Assembly: GCF_001194135.2 (NCBI RefSeq)
Contig: NC_068993.1
Location: 62,819,910 to 62,883,909 of the forward strand
From: Octopus bimaculoides
Taxonomy: Eukaryota
Length of the DNA: 64,000 nt
Direction: 5' to 3'
Shown here: in pieces, positions 55,901 through 64,000 of the stretch
Position numbering within the stretch: the stretch's first letter is position 1
Layout: every line of letters begins with the position of its first letter
The notes under the pieces: model-generated
Databases searched by the model: none
What the model was told of the DNA's origin: nothing
The model's input: the letters and a program-made list of their open reading frames with translations, nothing else
Program-made: the position numbers and the translations under genes

Positions 55901-58900
55901 GAAGTTTTTCGGTCAAGTAATTTGTGTGAATAATTCCAAAGTTTCACAATGCATTAATATTCTATATGTGATGATCTGATATATTAATTTGTACAGCTTG
56001 TGTACGTAAACATGTAGGAGTACCATGCAACAGAGATTAGTGATGGATCCCACAAAATCACATGACCAAATACGAGATGGATCAGCAGCATGCAAGAAGA
56101 AGAAGAAGAAGAAGAGAAGAAGAAGAAGAAGAAGAAGAAAAGAAGAAAAGAAGAAGAAAAGAAGAAGAAAAGAAGAAGAAAAGAAGAAAGGAAGAAGAAG
56201 GAGGAGAAGGGGAAGGAGAAGAAGAAGAAAAAGAAGAAAAAGAAGAAGAAGAAGAAAGAGCTTGTATGAAATCTGAAAGACAGTGGAGTTATCACACATA
56301 TACACAACAAAAACAACCAACATTACTGGGTTATCCAGCAGATTACTTGATGAAAATTTTATCCAGAATTAAATTACAAATGCAGGATACAAAGCTGAAA
56401 CCAATTGTTAACATTATTTTTTGACATCATGTTAGAAATATTCATTTTAAATGTTTTTTTATACTTATTTACAGAAACATCTACATTTAATTTCAAGATA
56501 CATCACAAGATCAATTACAGTAAATATAAACATTACTTACATAGTCAGGGCAGAATAAACAACTTTACATGCAGTTCACTTATTTACATACAATGTCAAG
56601 GTTTCACCCTGACATCAGGCAATTAATCTTAGACAAAACACTTAAAAAGAAATAACCAAATATAAGATAATTGCTTCATAGAAATCTCATTAATCCATGA
56701 GTAAATGTAGCCAAATTATCTGCTTACAACAGATAAAGAAGCTATTCGTTTATTATTTTCTACTCTAGGCACAAGGCCCAAAACATTTAGGGAGGGCACC
56801 AGTCGATTAGATCGACTCCAGTATGCAACTGGTACTTAATTCATTGACCCTGAAAGGATGAAAGCGAAAGTCAACCTCGACGGAATTTGAACTCCGAACA
56901 TAAAGACAGACATACTGCTAAGCATTTTGCTCGACGTGTTAATGTTTCTGCCACCTCACTGCCTTAAACAAGCTGTTCATTTATTACAACCAGTCTGCTA
57001 TCTTACACACCATTCTCATTCTCTGAATACTTCTATAAAGACTCTCGGGAATTTGACTACCTTAAAGTTTGCAAAGCTGATCTGTTCAGAGCAAACCAGG
57101 AAAGCCACAATGGCTGATTACAAAATTAAATTTAACTTTGTATATTTAGAGTTAAACAGTTCTTCATGTGTCCCCTTTCTACAGATCATCATCACCATTT
57201 AACTTTATCATGCTTGCTTGGGCTAGACGGGAATTTTTGAGGTAGATTTTCTATGGCCAGATGCCCTTCCTAACACCAAGCACTTTACAGAGTGTATTAG
57301 GTACATGCTAATATGACAGCACCAGAGAGGGTTTTGTCCTCAACAAGACTAAAGCATCCTCATGACCCTATGTCGTATCTGTCCACTCACCAACCCCAAC
57401 ATGTACTGAGTGCATTTTATCATGGCACCAGCACTAGTAAGGTTACCTGGTATTCTGCAAGGCCGTCATCACTACTCGACATTCTTCATTTAGTGAAAGC
57501 AATGTAACCAATAGAGTTTTTTGTTTTATGTAACAAAATATTTTTTTAAATAAAGCAACTGTTAAAGGAGACTCACCAGTTTAGCACAATCTAACATTAT
57601 TGAATAAAAGGTGATTAAGCAATATCATTAAAAAAACACCAGAGATTTCAGTTACAGTATCAATCATAAGTTGTGTCATCAATGTTGCAGCCCAACTTCC
57701 AGACAAAATGGAATCTTAGTCCAAAAAATACCCAACTATTATTGTAACAGCAGTATGGTTAGATTTCTACTTCATACGTTTAAAGGGTTTCACAGAGCTT
57801 AATAATCCCTTAATTTAGGAGACAATACATATTATCTGGATTGAAGTCAGAAAAGAAATGCTCAATCTCTCCACAGTTCAACCAACATCCTGCAAAATAT
57901 CATCTCTTATTACAGAAACCTTGCTGTTATGGTATAAAAATTTTCCAGGTGGGTTGTGTCAAGGATTTGGTCTACTTTCATTTGAAATAGTTTCCTTTAT
58001 GTTACTAATGTCTTGAAGAGATAAATGCCACAACTTTCTATTCTTGAACTCGAAAATAGCTCAGAATTTAAATGCCAGCTGTGGGAATAATCATAACAGG
58101 TAAACATTTTCCAAAACAAAGCAAAATAAAATATAACAACATAGGAATTTGTACTCGGTTCTCATTTCAAATGAGTATTACTGCTCTCAAGCACCACCAA
58201 TTATCCTCTCTAAACTTATCAACAAAATGAAAATCAAAACTGACAAACTTTCACTGACCTTCGATGATGTCTTCGTGGATGATGCCCACCAAATGATTTG
58301 GACCTAGAGTGAGTAGGTTTGTGCCCAAGACCCAAAGTGTCCTTAAGTACGGAAGCCTAAAAAAAAAAATAATTCAATGTAAATTAAATGAAGAGCAACA
58401 AAATACAACTAGTATAAAATACCAATTTTAAGTGCTACCAGTCGAGAACTCTGCATACCGGAAGCCAGTAAGTGTATGGGGTCATCAGGAGAGAGTGCGC
58501 GCCATTTTGGGGCTACCTCTCGACGGCATCAATGCGCACCCCCCCCCCTCACTGATATGAGGCCCCGCTTGCTAGATCAACTGGTTATTAAATAAAGCTC
58601 AATATTTCTTTAGCCATCGCTCATTGTCATTAAAATTAAAAGCTAAAGTTTGTCGTCAACCTACAAGCTCATTAGGCCACAGATTACCCCAGTTTCCACG
58701 ACATAAGTGCTACAATACATGACACCCCTGAATGGGATACCAATCCAATACAAAATGAACCCCAGCTGATATTCATTTCAGCTGAATTGACTGAAACCAT
58801 GCCAAATGTTCAGAGCCCCCAACTTGCCACCAAATCTATGTATTGAACTCATGACCCTACAGTCACGAGCTGAACACCACAGCCACTTGGCCACAAATCT

Positions 58901-60833
58901 CAACATGGTGGTATACTAAAAAAAATTTAATTAGATTAAAAGCAATCATGAAATAAGTTTCAAAATAAAAGCCGAGTCAAAGAAGCAAACCTTTTCTCCC
59001 TGTTTTTTCAACTTATTCAAAACATCTCTCCGGAAATCATTAAATAATAGCATTTGCAAACCTTCCAGTTTTCTGATTTCTATGTCAACAACTGACTGTG
59101 AAGCACCAAGTTGTCTGTGGAGCAAACAAATGTTGTAAACATATTAAGATTAAGGAAAAACAAAAACAGAACATTATTTGAAATGTCGATTAAATCATTT
59201 TGATAAAGAGCAAAGTTTTATTAGCTGCAAGCATCGTTAAGTGTTCCACCACGTTTCTTGTTACTCTTTCTCCACTTCATAATTAACCTTCACTTCCATC
59301 CTCTTTGCAATAATTTTTTACCAGAATTGCATTCTCTAAACTCATATTTTCAACAACATAACTTGGTTAATTCAAACTAAATTTCTAAGACTAGAAATTC
59401 AGGTAAGTTGATTAACCCTTTCGTTACTGCATTTCTGTTGAGATGCTCTGTGTTTCTTTCAATTAATTTTAAATATAACAAAGAATTTAGTAAAATAACT
59501 TAGTTATCATTCAGCTTGTGTTAGGAACATAAATTGTGACTAAGGTTTGGTGGAAGATTTTAATTCAAAACTTATGAAAACAAGACATTTGTACTTTTTC
59601 TATCATTTTAATTTGTTTACTTACTTGAGATCTTGAACAACAATTGCTTGTTCGTTCATTTCTTTCTCGATGAGTCTTGCTCTCACTTTGGGTTCTAAAG
59701 TAGTATCAAACACAAAGGCAGGTAGGTGTTCAGCTGCAATGGTCTGTCTCCGAGTGGGAGCTTCATGCTGAAGAGAAGAGAATTTGTTTGGGAGTAGATT
59801 GGTCAATTTAGCACTTTGCTTTCTTTAACACACCCTTGCCTCCCCTTTAAAAACAAAAAACATAAAGACAGACAAAATACCACTGAGCATTTCGCCCGGT
59901 GTGCTAACGTTTCTGCCAGCTCACCACCTTCAAAAGTATGATATAATACACATTTCATTCAAAACTATGCGAATAAATAAGCATTAACCATTGAGCATTC
60001 AGATTACTCTGTCAAATGTAAACAACAAACACATGCAGCTTTCCTCGTTTTAATATCTCTTCATGTCTTACCCACTAATTAATCGTGTGACTATTACTAG
60101 AGACTTGCTGGCATAAACTCTACCCAGTTCTTTAATACTTCTGATACAATAAATTGCCCCTGTGGGAATTCCATATTTCTTAGTATGGTTCTGTCAAGGA
60201 GAGAATACATAGCTTATTGAGCACATTTTAACAGTATTCTGTTCCCATCATGCTAAGAATCTACACAGCTGGGGTAATTTTTTTGTTGTTGCTCACAGTT
60301 AACTTGTTGCTGAAAGTGATTTAATGTACCAAAGAAAAAGAAACTGGCTCCAGCTTTCAATTATTATGTAAATAAACTAACAAAAGAAATGTGTATATTA
60401 AAGAATTATATAATCCCACACCAGAATGTATATACTAACGATGAGTGGAAAACAGAGCAAATAAATAAAGAAAGAGAGCAGAGAGAAAGTGTGTGTGTGT
60501 GTGTGTGTGTTGGAGTGAATGCATCTATGGAAAAAAGAAGATATTTATGAAGGGGAGAGAATATAAGGGGGCTGAGATGCGTGTTAAAGTGCCGGGTTAT
60601 CTAAGTATGTAAACATGTTTGTGTATGAGAGGAGGAGGAAGTGGTTGGGGAAGGGGGTGAAAACAGAAGGTAGGATCATTCCACAGAATGACCAATAATA
60701 AGCGCAGCAGATACATATATCAGAAGAGCATCCAAAAGATATTAAGACATTCGTGCCAAGAAAAGGGTGCCAAGAGCCTTCAATATCAAATATCAGTGAA
60801 ACAAGATTTCGTACACTTCACTATGGGCGTCTT

Positions 60834-60886
<53 letters not shown>

Positions 60887-61567
60887 CTGAAAGCTTTGGT
60901 CTTGGACAGTTTACATCAAAGAGTGAAGTTAAGTTTGCAGTAATATACCCAGTAGTAACATAAATATGTCTTTAGTATATATTGATGCCAAATTTATTAC
61001 AATGTTTACATGTTTCCCATTACATGGCCCATTAATAATCGTTAGCAGACAAGAAACTGTAGAAAGATAATAAGCTCAATCATGTAATGAATAAGCGGGA
61101 AAGGGGGAAGAAAAAGAAAGAAAGAAAAGAGTAGGAGAGAGAGAGATAGAGAGACAGAGAGGATGAAGGAAAACTACAAAGAGGAGACAGAAAAAAAGAG
61201 AATGGCATACAGGAGAGAGAGAGAACTGAGAGAAAGAGAAAAGAGAGGACAGAGAGAGAGAGAGCACAGAGAGAGGGGAGAGAGAGAGTACGGAGAAAGA
61301 AAGAAAAGACAGAGTGAGAGAGGGAGTCAGAAAATGAGTGACACAAGAGAAGAAGAGATAGACTGTGAGAGAGTGATGAGACAAAGCAGGAAGCAGAAAG
61401 AAGAGGGAGAAAGAAAAAGAGAGAGAGAGAAGTAAGAAAGAGAGACAAACAAAGAAGAAGAAGAAGAAGAGAAAGACTTCTACACACACAAATAAGAACT
61501 GGCTGATAACATCTCACTAAAGCAAGTCGATTCCTTTTAATTTTATGCTTAAGTTGTTTGTGGTAAC

Positions 61568-61621
<54 letters not shown>

Positions 61622-63676
61622 TATGGCCTCCAGTTTAGGCATAAGGCCAACAATTTTGAGAGAAAGGGAGTTAGTGAACAGCATTAACCCAGTATTTGAC
61701 TGGTTGTAGAATTTATAGAGCCAGAAAAGAATTTGTAGCTGAGAGCTGCCTCAGATTTGAACTCACAGCATTTTGGTTTAAAGTTACATCCACTTTTGAT
61801 TAGCATTGCCATATTTGATCATTTTGAATAGAGGTGGCTACGATACATCATTGTCATCATTTAACGTCCCTTTTTTCCATGTTGGCATGGGTTGGACAGT
61901 TAGACAAGAGCAGATGAGCCAGAGGGATCTTCCAGGTTCCATTGTCTGTTTTGACATGGTTTCTACAGCTGGATGCCCTTCCTAATGCCAACCACTTAAC
62001 AGGGTGTACTGGGTGCACTTTTTGCACGGCACCAGCACAGATAAGACCCTTCAACTGAGCAAGTTATAAGACTGGAAAAAGGAAACAAGGATAGTTTATA
62101 CTCTTAAATATTAGTAAAACACCTCCTGACATCTTTCACAGCAAATTATGGTTCATATCAGTTTTGATATACACTGAGACGCCAAAACAAAAAAAAAAAC
62201 AGTTTTACATAGTTTAAAGGTGAAAAGAACTCCCTAGAAGCTATTAATTAGCCCAAAGAAACTCTGGATTTTTTTTTTTTTTTGAGACATTCTTATCTTA
62301 GGTCAGAAGTTGTGTGCCATTTGGCGCATGTCTATGAGTCATCTCTTAATTCTTTCTCTGCTTTTCAACTATTATCATTTCTGTTATCTTTGCTTGTTTC
62401 ATGCCTTACAATGCAGCCATGCTGGGACCCCACTTTGAAGGGTTTAATCAAATGAATCGATCCCAGAACATCTTTTTTTTTTAAGCCAAGTACTTATTCT
62501 TATCAGTCTCTTTTGCCAAACAGCTAAGTTACAGAAACAAACAAACCAGCTCTGGTTGTCAAGATATGGTGGAGGACAAACATACACACACACACACACA
62601 TGCGCACGCATGCATACACACACACAGCATTTGTATAAAGTAGCCTTACCTGGCCCCATGGCAGTTTGCTCATCGTTCCATCAGGCGAGTCAGCTTCATT
62701 GAGAATGTCAACAGCGTCGTCATCATTCGGGTCTCCAGCAAGAGCCGTGAGGGTGTGGGCAAGGCCAGAGAGCTTTTTGCCAATGTTGGTGTCAAGATGA
62801 ACATCAATGCCTTCCATCTCCCATAACACATTCAATATCCACTTGGCATTGCTGGGAGGATCTGTGGACAAGAACAACGGACAACAACGATGAAATGAAC
62901 GGGTCTAAAAATAATCTCTTAGGTACAAGTTCACACATTAGTGGGGAAGGTATTTCATTTCTGGTGAGCAGCCAAACAACATAACCAGTCATCGAACAAT
63001 GATGGGAATATGATTAGAGGGACCTGTCTCTTGTATCAGTTCTGAGCATCTGCCTTTCCGGTGTCTGTGGCTGACATTGGAGACTGACACAGTCTTCTGA
63101 TTTGTTGGATTCTGCCAACTCATCCAATCCATGCCAGAATGGAATATAGATGCTAAATGATGATGATGATGATCTGATGAAGGATCACAATTTGCAAGAC
63201 ACTTCAATGGTGAAGTTATTTCCAAAGCATATAAGCCTAGAAAATGAATGTATAATGCTTATGACGAAAGACCAATGAATAAATAAATAAATCGTCATTA
63301 CGATCACCATTTTACAAATAAATCAATAAATACTAAACTGAATTAACATTGGTCAATCTTCAACATAAATTTCTATCAACAGATTGGGAAATGCACAAAT
63401 TCTTAAAAATGCTTTTGTTTTTTTGGAAAGTCTGTTCTTATTCATATAGTTGGTGTCAAACATTCAACCCACTTCTTAACACAACCACAACAACAACAAC
63501 AACATGCTCATGTATTGGTCAATTACCTGTGGCTTGTTTATTAATAGTCCTTGAACAGACTTCATATGTTCCTTCTGGTACAACACATGCGTTCATTATG
63601 GGGCTGTCTTCTTTATTGACCGGTTTCCATTCATCCCATGATGTTTCAAAGTCATCAGCAAACCGAAGACAAAACC
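4046..63676 (-). CDS. BLTP1: BLTP1/KIAA1109 (tweek) orthologue, partial multi-exon gene; span of reconstructed exons, 5' and 3' ends outside window
   Basis: 21 GT-AG exons join in consistent phase into a 4164-nt open frame. Recognisable motifs: NACVVPEGTYEVCSRT, DFELDFKVFINSGK, ASFPVDVVVFIRV, CDIGSASFKYDMRRLSEIL, WETLVLFAVNL, NMSNVMGNT, ARLDYMGSSVLM, MISRSTTPDL, HHRHW, LACFHGFNFRSKSWA (matched to human BLTP1 from memory). Confidence 0.95.
7921..8141 (-). CDS. BLTP1: BLTP1 exon, 221 nt, phase 2-1 (PAILFVHGTLDWDKFHIMISRSTTPDLLKM...SKRVLSAFGP...SEDL)
   Basis: ttttttgggtttag acceptor, G|GTACGT donor; conserved motif. Confidence 0.95.
10292..10745 (+). mobile_element. hAT/Charlie-like MITE with perfect 8-bp target-site duplication, carrying a nested family A SINE
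   Basis: TIRs cagcagttctcaacc / ggttgagaaccagtg; TTCTAAGG at 10284-10291 and 10746-10753. Confidence 0.8.
10390..10618 (+). mobile_element. tRNA-derived SINE, family A (gagctggcag.atcgttagcacgcc...gagttcaaattcc...gactttgcctttcatc)
   Basis: recurs at about 4923-5047 (-), 31991-32126 (-), 33855-34080 and 34084-34305 (-), 42000-42226 (-), 42740-42875 (-), 46875-47138 (+), 47169-47374 (-), 56760-56964 (-), 59860-59930 (-). Confidence 0.85.
12665..12960 (-). mobile_element. SINE family D (ends aacccatgccagcatggaaa...(gat)n)
   Basis: recurs at about 6925-6985 (+), 13635-13895 (+), 17900-18095 (+), 32500-32690 (+), 38142-38520 (-), 40040-40242 (+), 42880-43182 (-), 53205-53360 (-), 55300-55500 (-), 57185-57460 (-), 61850-62050 (-), 63040-63175 (+). 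Confidence 0.85.
13957..14155 (-). CDS. BLTP1: BLTP1 exon, 199 nt, phase 1-2 (TVLEDPE...AEARLDYMGSSVLM...FRDEW...LATKR)
   Basis: ttttgcttcttcag acceptor, GTAAGT donor; EARxDYMGSSxLM motif. Confidence 0.94.
14535..15420 (-). mobile_element. Decayed LINE reverse transcriptase (RTE-like)
   Basis: minus-strand translation with stops/frameshifts: MQFGFVPGRG...DALFLVRQL, YQGLILSLFVFIIALQAITKEFKMGCPWDLLYVDGLDLLAE, EVNLAKPKVL. Confidence 0.85.
17044..17201 (-). CDS. BLTP1: BLTP1 exon, 158 nt, phase 2-1 (WATKDIKSQGRLSI...SKGGVVGGTIDLQDLHTY)
   Basis: ttttcttttctccaaag acceptor, GTAAGT donor; KSQGRLS and SKGGVVGGTID motifs. Confidence 0.94.
17674..17738 (+). repeat. Compound trinucleotide microsatellite (CAG)n-(CCG)n-(ACG)n
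   Basis: seen directly; explains the spurious polyQ/P/T and polyS/R ORFs at 17558-17940. Confidence 0.95.
20207..20465 (-). CDS. BLTP1: BLTP1 exon, 259 nt, phase 1-2 (ISTSVPP...TAWETLVLFAVNLSTLDVNVNMSNVMGNT)
   Basis: ccctcctacag acceptor, GTAAGT donor; conserved motif. Confidence 0.95.
26364..26384 (-). CDS. BLTP1: Candidate 21-nt phase 1-1 microexon (A-IYFVSL) or AG|GT recursive splice site
   Basis: gaattttgttccag|CCATTTACTTTGTATCCTTAG|GTAAGA. Confidence 0.35.
   Translation of the reverse strand, partial: PFTLYP
26908..27237 (-). CDS. BLTP1: BLTP1 exon, 330 nt, phase 1-1, lineage-specific Ser-rich linker (DVFSSSCSSS...KKHHRRASSGDKWK...FSGK)
   Basis: ttgcctgatcgcag acceptor, G|GTTGGC donor (weak); 109 open codons, GC-richer than flanks; phase fits. 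Confidence 0.7.
29747..29970. repeat. Long inverted repeat (88/89-bp arms, 47-bp loop); MITE-like foldback
   Basis: 29747-29834 versus reverse complement of 29882-29970: 6 mismatches and 1 indel by manual alignment. Confidence 0.9.
30407..30415 (-). CDS. BLTP1: Candidate BLTP1 microexon, 9 nt, phase 1-1 (D-T-S)
   Basis: ggtttttctatttcag|ATACCAGTG|GTAAGT; near-consensus sites on both sides; frame-preserving. Confidence 0.6.
30556..30735 (+). mobile_element. piggyBac-like MITE (TTAA|CCCT terminus)
   Basis: ttaacccttttgcattc.gattactc.gtcaaatg; reverse copy at about 41445-41655, fragment at about 59985-60030. Confidence 0.55.
31385..31650 (+). mobile_element. Decayed LINE RT C-terminal fragment (Rex1/Babar or L2-like)
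   Basis: NGSAVERVQHYKFTGSHIKGD resembles the G..VERV..xKxLG.xI motif. Confidence 0.45.
34808..35125. other. Assembly gap (N); other gaps at 21533-21542, 31209-31218, 37455-37861
   Basis: N runs flanked by microsatellites or poly-T; ORFs containing X are artefacts. Confidence 1.
35235..35264 (-). CDS. BLTP1: Candidate BLTP1 microexon, 30 nt, phase 1-1 (V-YYRRKSNSF)
   Basis: ctgtctttgcattcttttcag|TGTATTATCGGAGAAAATCGAATAGTTTTG|GTAACT; frame-preserving; no homology support. Confidence 0.5.
36830..37345 (+). mobile_element. Decayed CR1/Jockey-type LINE 3' region
   Basis: frameshifted pieces LDDIQRTVTWLISTSSLMHTLQPLA, SELAGFISTP, TLNAP match the CR1-type post-RT tail. Confidence 0.55.
38846..38916 (+). 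repeat. (GT)n microsatellite, representative of dozens of (GT/CA)n, (TA)n, (GA)n, (AAT)n and (GAT)n tracts
   Basis: seen directly; others at e.g. 18999-19041, 21481-21532, 33062-33107, 37409-37454, 60841-60875, 61568-61620. Confidence 0.95.
39013..39162 (-). CDS. BLTP1: BLTP1 exon, 150 nt, phase 1-1 (AICDIGSASFKYDMRRLSEILSFPKAWYRRNLARRMFLGDE...)
   Basis: ttacatag acceptor, G|GTCAGT donor; highly conserved motif. Confidence 0.95.
39829..39912 (+). mobile_element. Short tRNA-derived SINE or tRNA pseudogene
   Basis: A box TGGTGTAGTGG, B box GTTCGATTCC, tail tgaataataa; T- and acceptor stems poorly paired, so not a functional tRNA. Confidence 0.6.
40310..40546 (-). CDS. BLTP1: BLTP1 exon, 237 nt, phase 1-1 (CIQEH...RKDSLSLNVEFIKVHISRSRK...NCVRFS)
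   Basis: aatttcag acceptor, CAG|GTAAAT donor; RKDSLSxNxEFxKV motif; absent from the minus-strand ORF track in this frame. Confidence 0.9.
41666..41971 (-). CDS. BLTP1: BLTP1 exon, 306 nt, phase 1-1 (HKRSPS...SSGGLSFTACLTNFSLYIFHPYGGG...SEL)
   Basis: ctttcctttcag acceptor, G|GTAAGT donor; GLSFTAC...FSLYxFHPYG motif. Confidence 0.92.
42288..42542 (-). CDS. BLTP1: BLTP1 exon, 255 nt, phase 1-1 (ELVGQ...AYASFPVDVVVFIRVDSSVIRFNCAPMSRVECMIQVPSL...)
   Basis: ctttgttctttcag acceptor, GTAAGT donor; conserved motif. Confidence 0.93.
44004..44091 (-). CDS. BLTP1: BLTP1 exon, 88 nt, phase 0-1 (EMIISPYLLDFLEQALEPLPLSQPFSTKK)
   Basis: ttttcag acceptor, G|GTAAAC donor; conserved motif. Confidence 0.93.
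44444..44638 (-). CDS. BLTP1: BLTP1 exon, 195 nt, phase 0-0 (VHYNSKT...KKANLYAWVFLQSLPE)
   Basis: atttatttttag acceptor, GAG|GTAAGT donor; HYNSKT and LYAWVxLQSLPE motifs. Confidence 0.93.
44830..45075 (-). mobile_element. Mariner transposase C-terminal remnant
   Basis: CDLFSF..KIKSHLKGTRFLDVEEIQENAKRQLHAIPK...EFWECLRQWRQHWIKC across frameshifts. Confidence 0.8.
46160..46560 (+). repeat. (GAT/GGT)-rich low-complexity tract
   Basis: seen directly; inflates ORF 46059..46760 with a spurious His/Ser/Ile-rich tail. Confidence 0.9.
46638..46806 (-). CDS. BLTP1: BLTP1 exon, 169 nt, phase 2-0 (VHKKPETSP...VENTVFFLPGLDVR)
   Basis: atattgcag acceptor, GTGAGT donor; TVFxxPGxDV motif. Confidence 0.9.
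47801..48070 (-). CDS. BLTP1: BLTP1 exon, 270 nt, phase 2-2 (DGKPF...PSVDFELDFKVFINSGKWILHPKDNKEEDLKK)
   Basis: atttcttcag acceptor, GG|GTACAC donor; DFELD...SGK..LHP motif. Confidence 0.92.
48852..49160 (+). mobile_element. Second hAT/Charlie-like MITE copy
   Basis: caggggttctcaacc ... ctgagaaccactg termini; left flank ctctagaa; TSD not preserved on the right. Confidence 0.65.
49390..49800 (-). mobile_element. Possible highly decayed CR1-like LINE fragment
   Basis: weak resemblance of ELPNLSSISFSRVLSKSLEKIC to the CR1 RT N-terminal region. Confidence 0.25.
51175..51384 (-). CDS. BLTP1: BLTP1 exon, 210 nt, symmetric phase 2-2 (SPDTNNIFDFRNG...SSSSEASLSSDEELSLDQKEPFQPLHPA)
   Basis: long pyrimidine tract, atcatag acceptor, AA|GTAAGT donor; 69 open codons in the required frame; absent from the ORF track. 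Confidence 0.75.
54010..54138 (-). CDS. BLTP1: BLTP1 exon, 129 nt, symmetric phase 2-2 (ESNGKAPILRH...ESSPDTSPG)
   Basis: ttcttccattaacag acceptor, GG|GTACG donor; open in the required frame; no recognisable homology. Confidence 0.7.
56094..56258 (+). repeat. (GAA)n-rich polypurine tract
   Basis: seen directly; source of spurious poly-K/R/E and poly-F/S/L ORFs. Similar purine tracts at 6535-6845, 20470-20880, 21290-21475, 49200-49360, 52750-52900, 61100-61480. Confidence 0.95.
58259..58356 (-). CDS. BLTP1: BLTP1 exon, 98 nt, phase 0-2 (ASVLKDTLGLGHKPTHSRSKSFGGHHPRRHHR)
   Basis: poly-T then AG acceptor, AG|GTCAGT donor; LKD..GL..KP..SRSKS motif. Confidence 0.88.
58991..59114 (-). CDS. BLTP1: BLTP1 exon, 124 nt, phase 2-0 (QLGASQSVVDIEIRKLEGLQMLLFNDFRRDVLNKLKKQGEK)
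   Basis: tttgctccacag acceptor, AAG|GT donor; LGAS...NDxRRDV motif; phases fit neighbours. Confidence 0.9.
59412..59595 (+). mobile_element. piggyBac-like MITE fragment, second family (ttaaccctttcgttac)
   Basis: TTAA|CCCT terminus; truncated just before the donor at 59624. Confidence 0.45.
59625..59767 (-). CDS. BLTP1: BLTP1 exon, 143 nt, phase 0-2 (HEAPTRRQ...EKEMNEQAIVVQDLK)
   Basis: ctcttctcttcag acceptor, GTAAGT donor; NEQAxVxxDLK motif. Confidence 0.9.
62650..62861 (-). CDS. BLTP1: BLTP1 exon, 212 nt, phase 1-0 (DPPSNAKWILNVLWEMEGIDVHLDTNIGKKL...LPWGQ)
   Basis: CAG acceptor, CAG|GTAAG donor; conserved motif; lies in ORF 62524..62877. Confidence 0.92.
63527..63676 (-). CDS. BLTP1: BLTP1 exon, 150 nt, phase 1-1 (FCLRFADDFETSWDEWKP...NACVVPEGTYEVCSRTINKQAT)
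   Basis: AG acceptor at 63678-63677, GTAA donor at 63526; conserved motif. Confidence 0.92.
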
Positions 63677-64000
63677 CTACAAGACAACAGAAAACATTTT
63701 GGTGGGCAATTTACAAAATATATTTTAAATGAATAAGACAAAAGCATCAGTATTTAATACATGTAACTATTCACAAAATGTTCAAAGTAAAAGAGAGGAA
63801 ACAAAAAGAGAGGAAACAAAAGAGAGGAAACAAAAAGGCATAAATCAAACAACATTAGAATTATGCATTCTCCCCCCCCCCACTCATATGTTCCATTGAT
63901 CATCCTTTCTGTAGCACCAATCATCACTCTCTCTTCCCTATTTCTTAACACCATTCCATATCTACCACCAACCTCCCCACTATCTTTGTTCAACAGTCAC

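Noticed and set aside
55913-56424. Poly-K/R/E and poly-F/L ORFs (also 61076-61517, 6447-6860, 46059-46560)
   Set aside because: Translation of polypurine or low-complexity tracts.
12665-63175. Regularly recurring 30-60 bp motifs that might suggest a CRISPR-like or spacer array
   Set aside because: They are dispersed SINE bodies in both orientations at irregular spacing in a eukaryotic intron.
1-64000. Nested plus-strand protein-coding gene
   Set aside because: No phase-consistent exon chain or recognisable domain on the plus strand; plus ORFs are antisense shadows of BLTP1 exons or repeats.

Overview
AT-rich, microsatellite- and SINE-dense animal genomic DNA, most likely an octopod cephalopod (inferred from the repeat families; not provable here), with four N gaps. 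The window lies inside one large minus-strand gene, BLTP1 (KIAA1109/tweek; bridge-like lipid transfer protein 1). I reconstructed 21 phase-consistent GT-AG exons from 63676 down to 4046 (4164 nt, 1388 codons, no in-frame stop). They cover the C-terminal part of the protein, but both the start and the final exons lie outside the window. Homology calls rest on my recollection of human BLTP1 motifs, not on a search. Introns hold many tRNA-derived SINEs of at least four families, hAT- and piggyBac-like MITEs, and decayed LINE, mariner and Penelope fragments. I see no prokaryote-style system (no CRISPR, no operon), and most ORFs in the supplied track are spurious. The best leads concern splicing: frame-preserving microexon candidates of 9, 30 and 21 nt inside a run of symmetric phase 1-1 exons in a poorly conserved linker, a candidate poison exon, a ~90-bp-arm intronic hairpin just downstream of the 9-nt microexon, and inverted SINE pairs that could form ADAR or circRNA substrates. 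All of these need transcript data.
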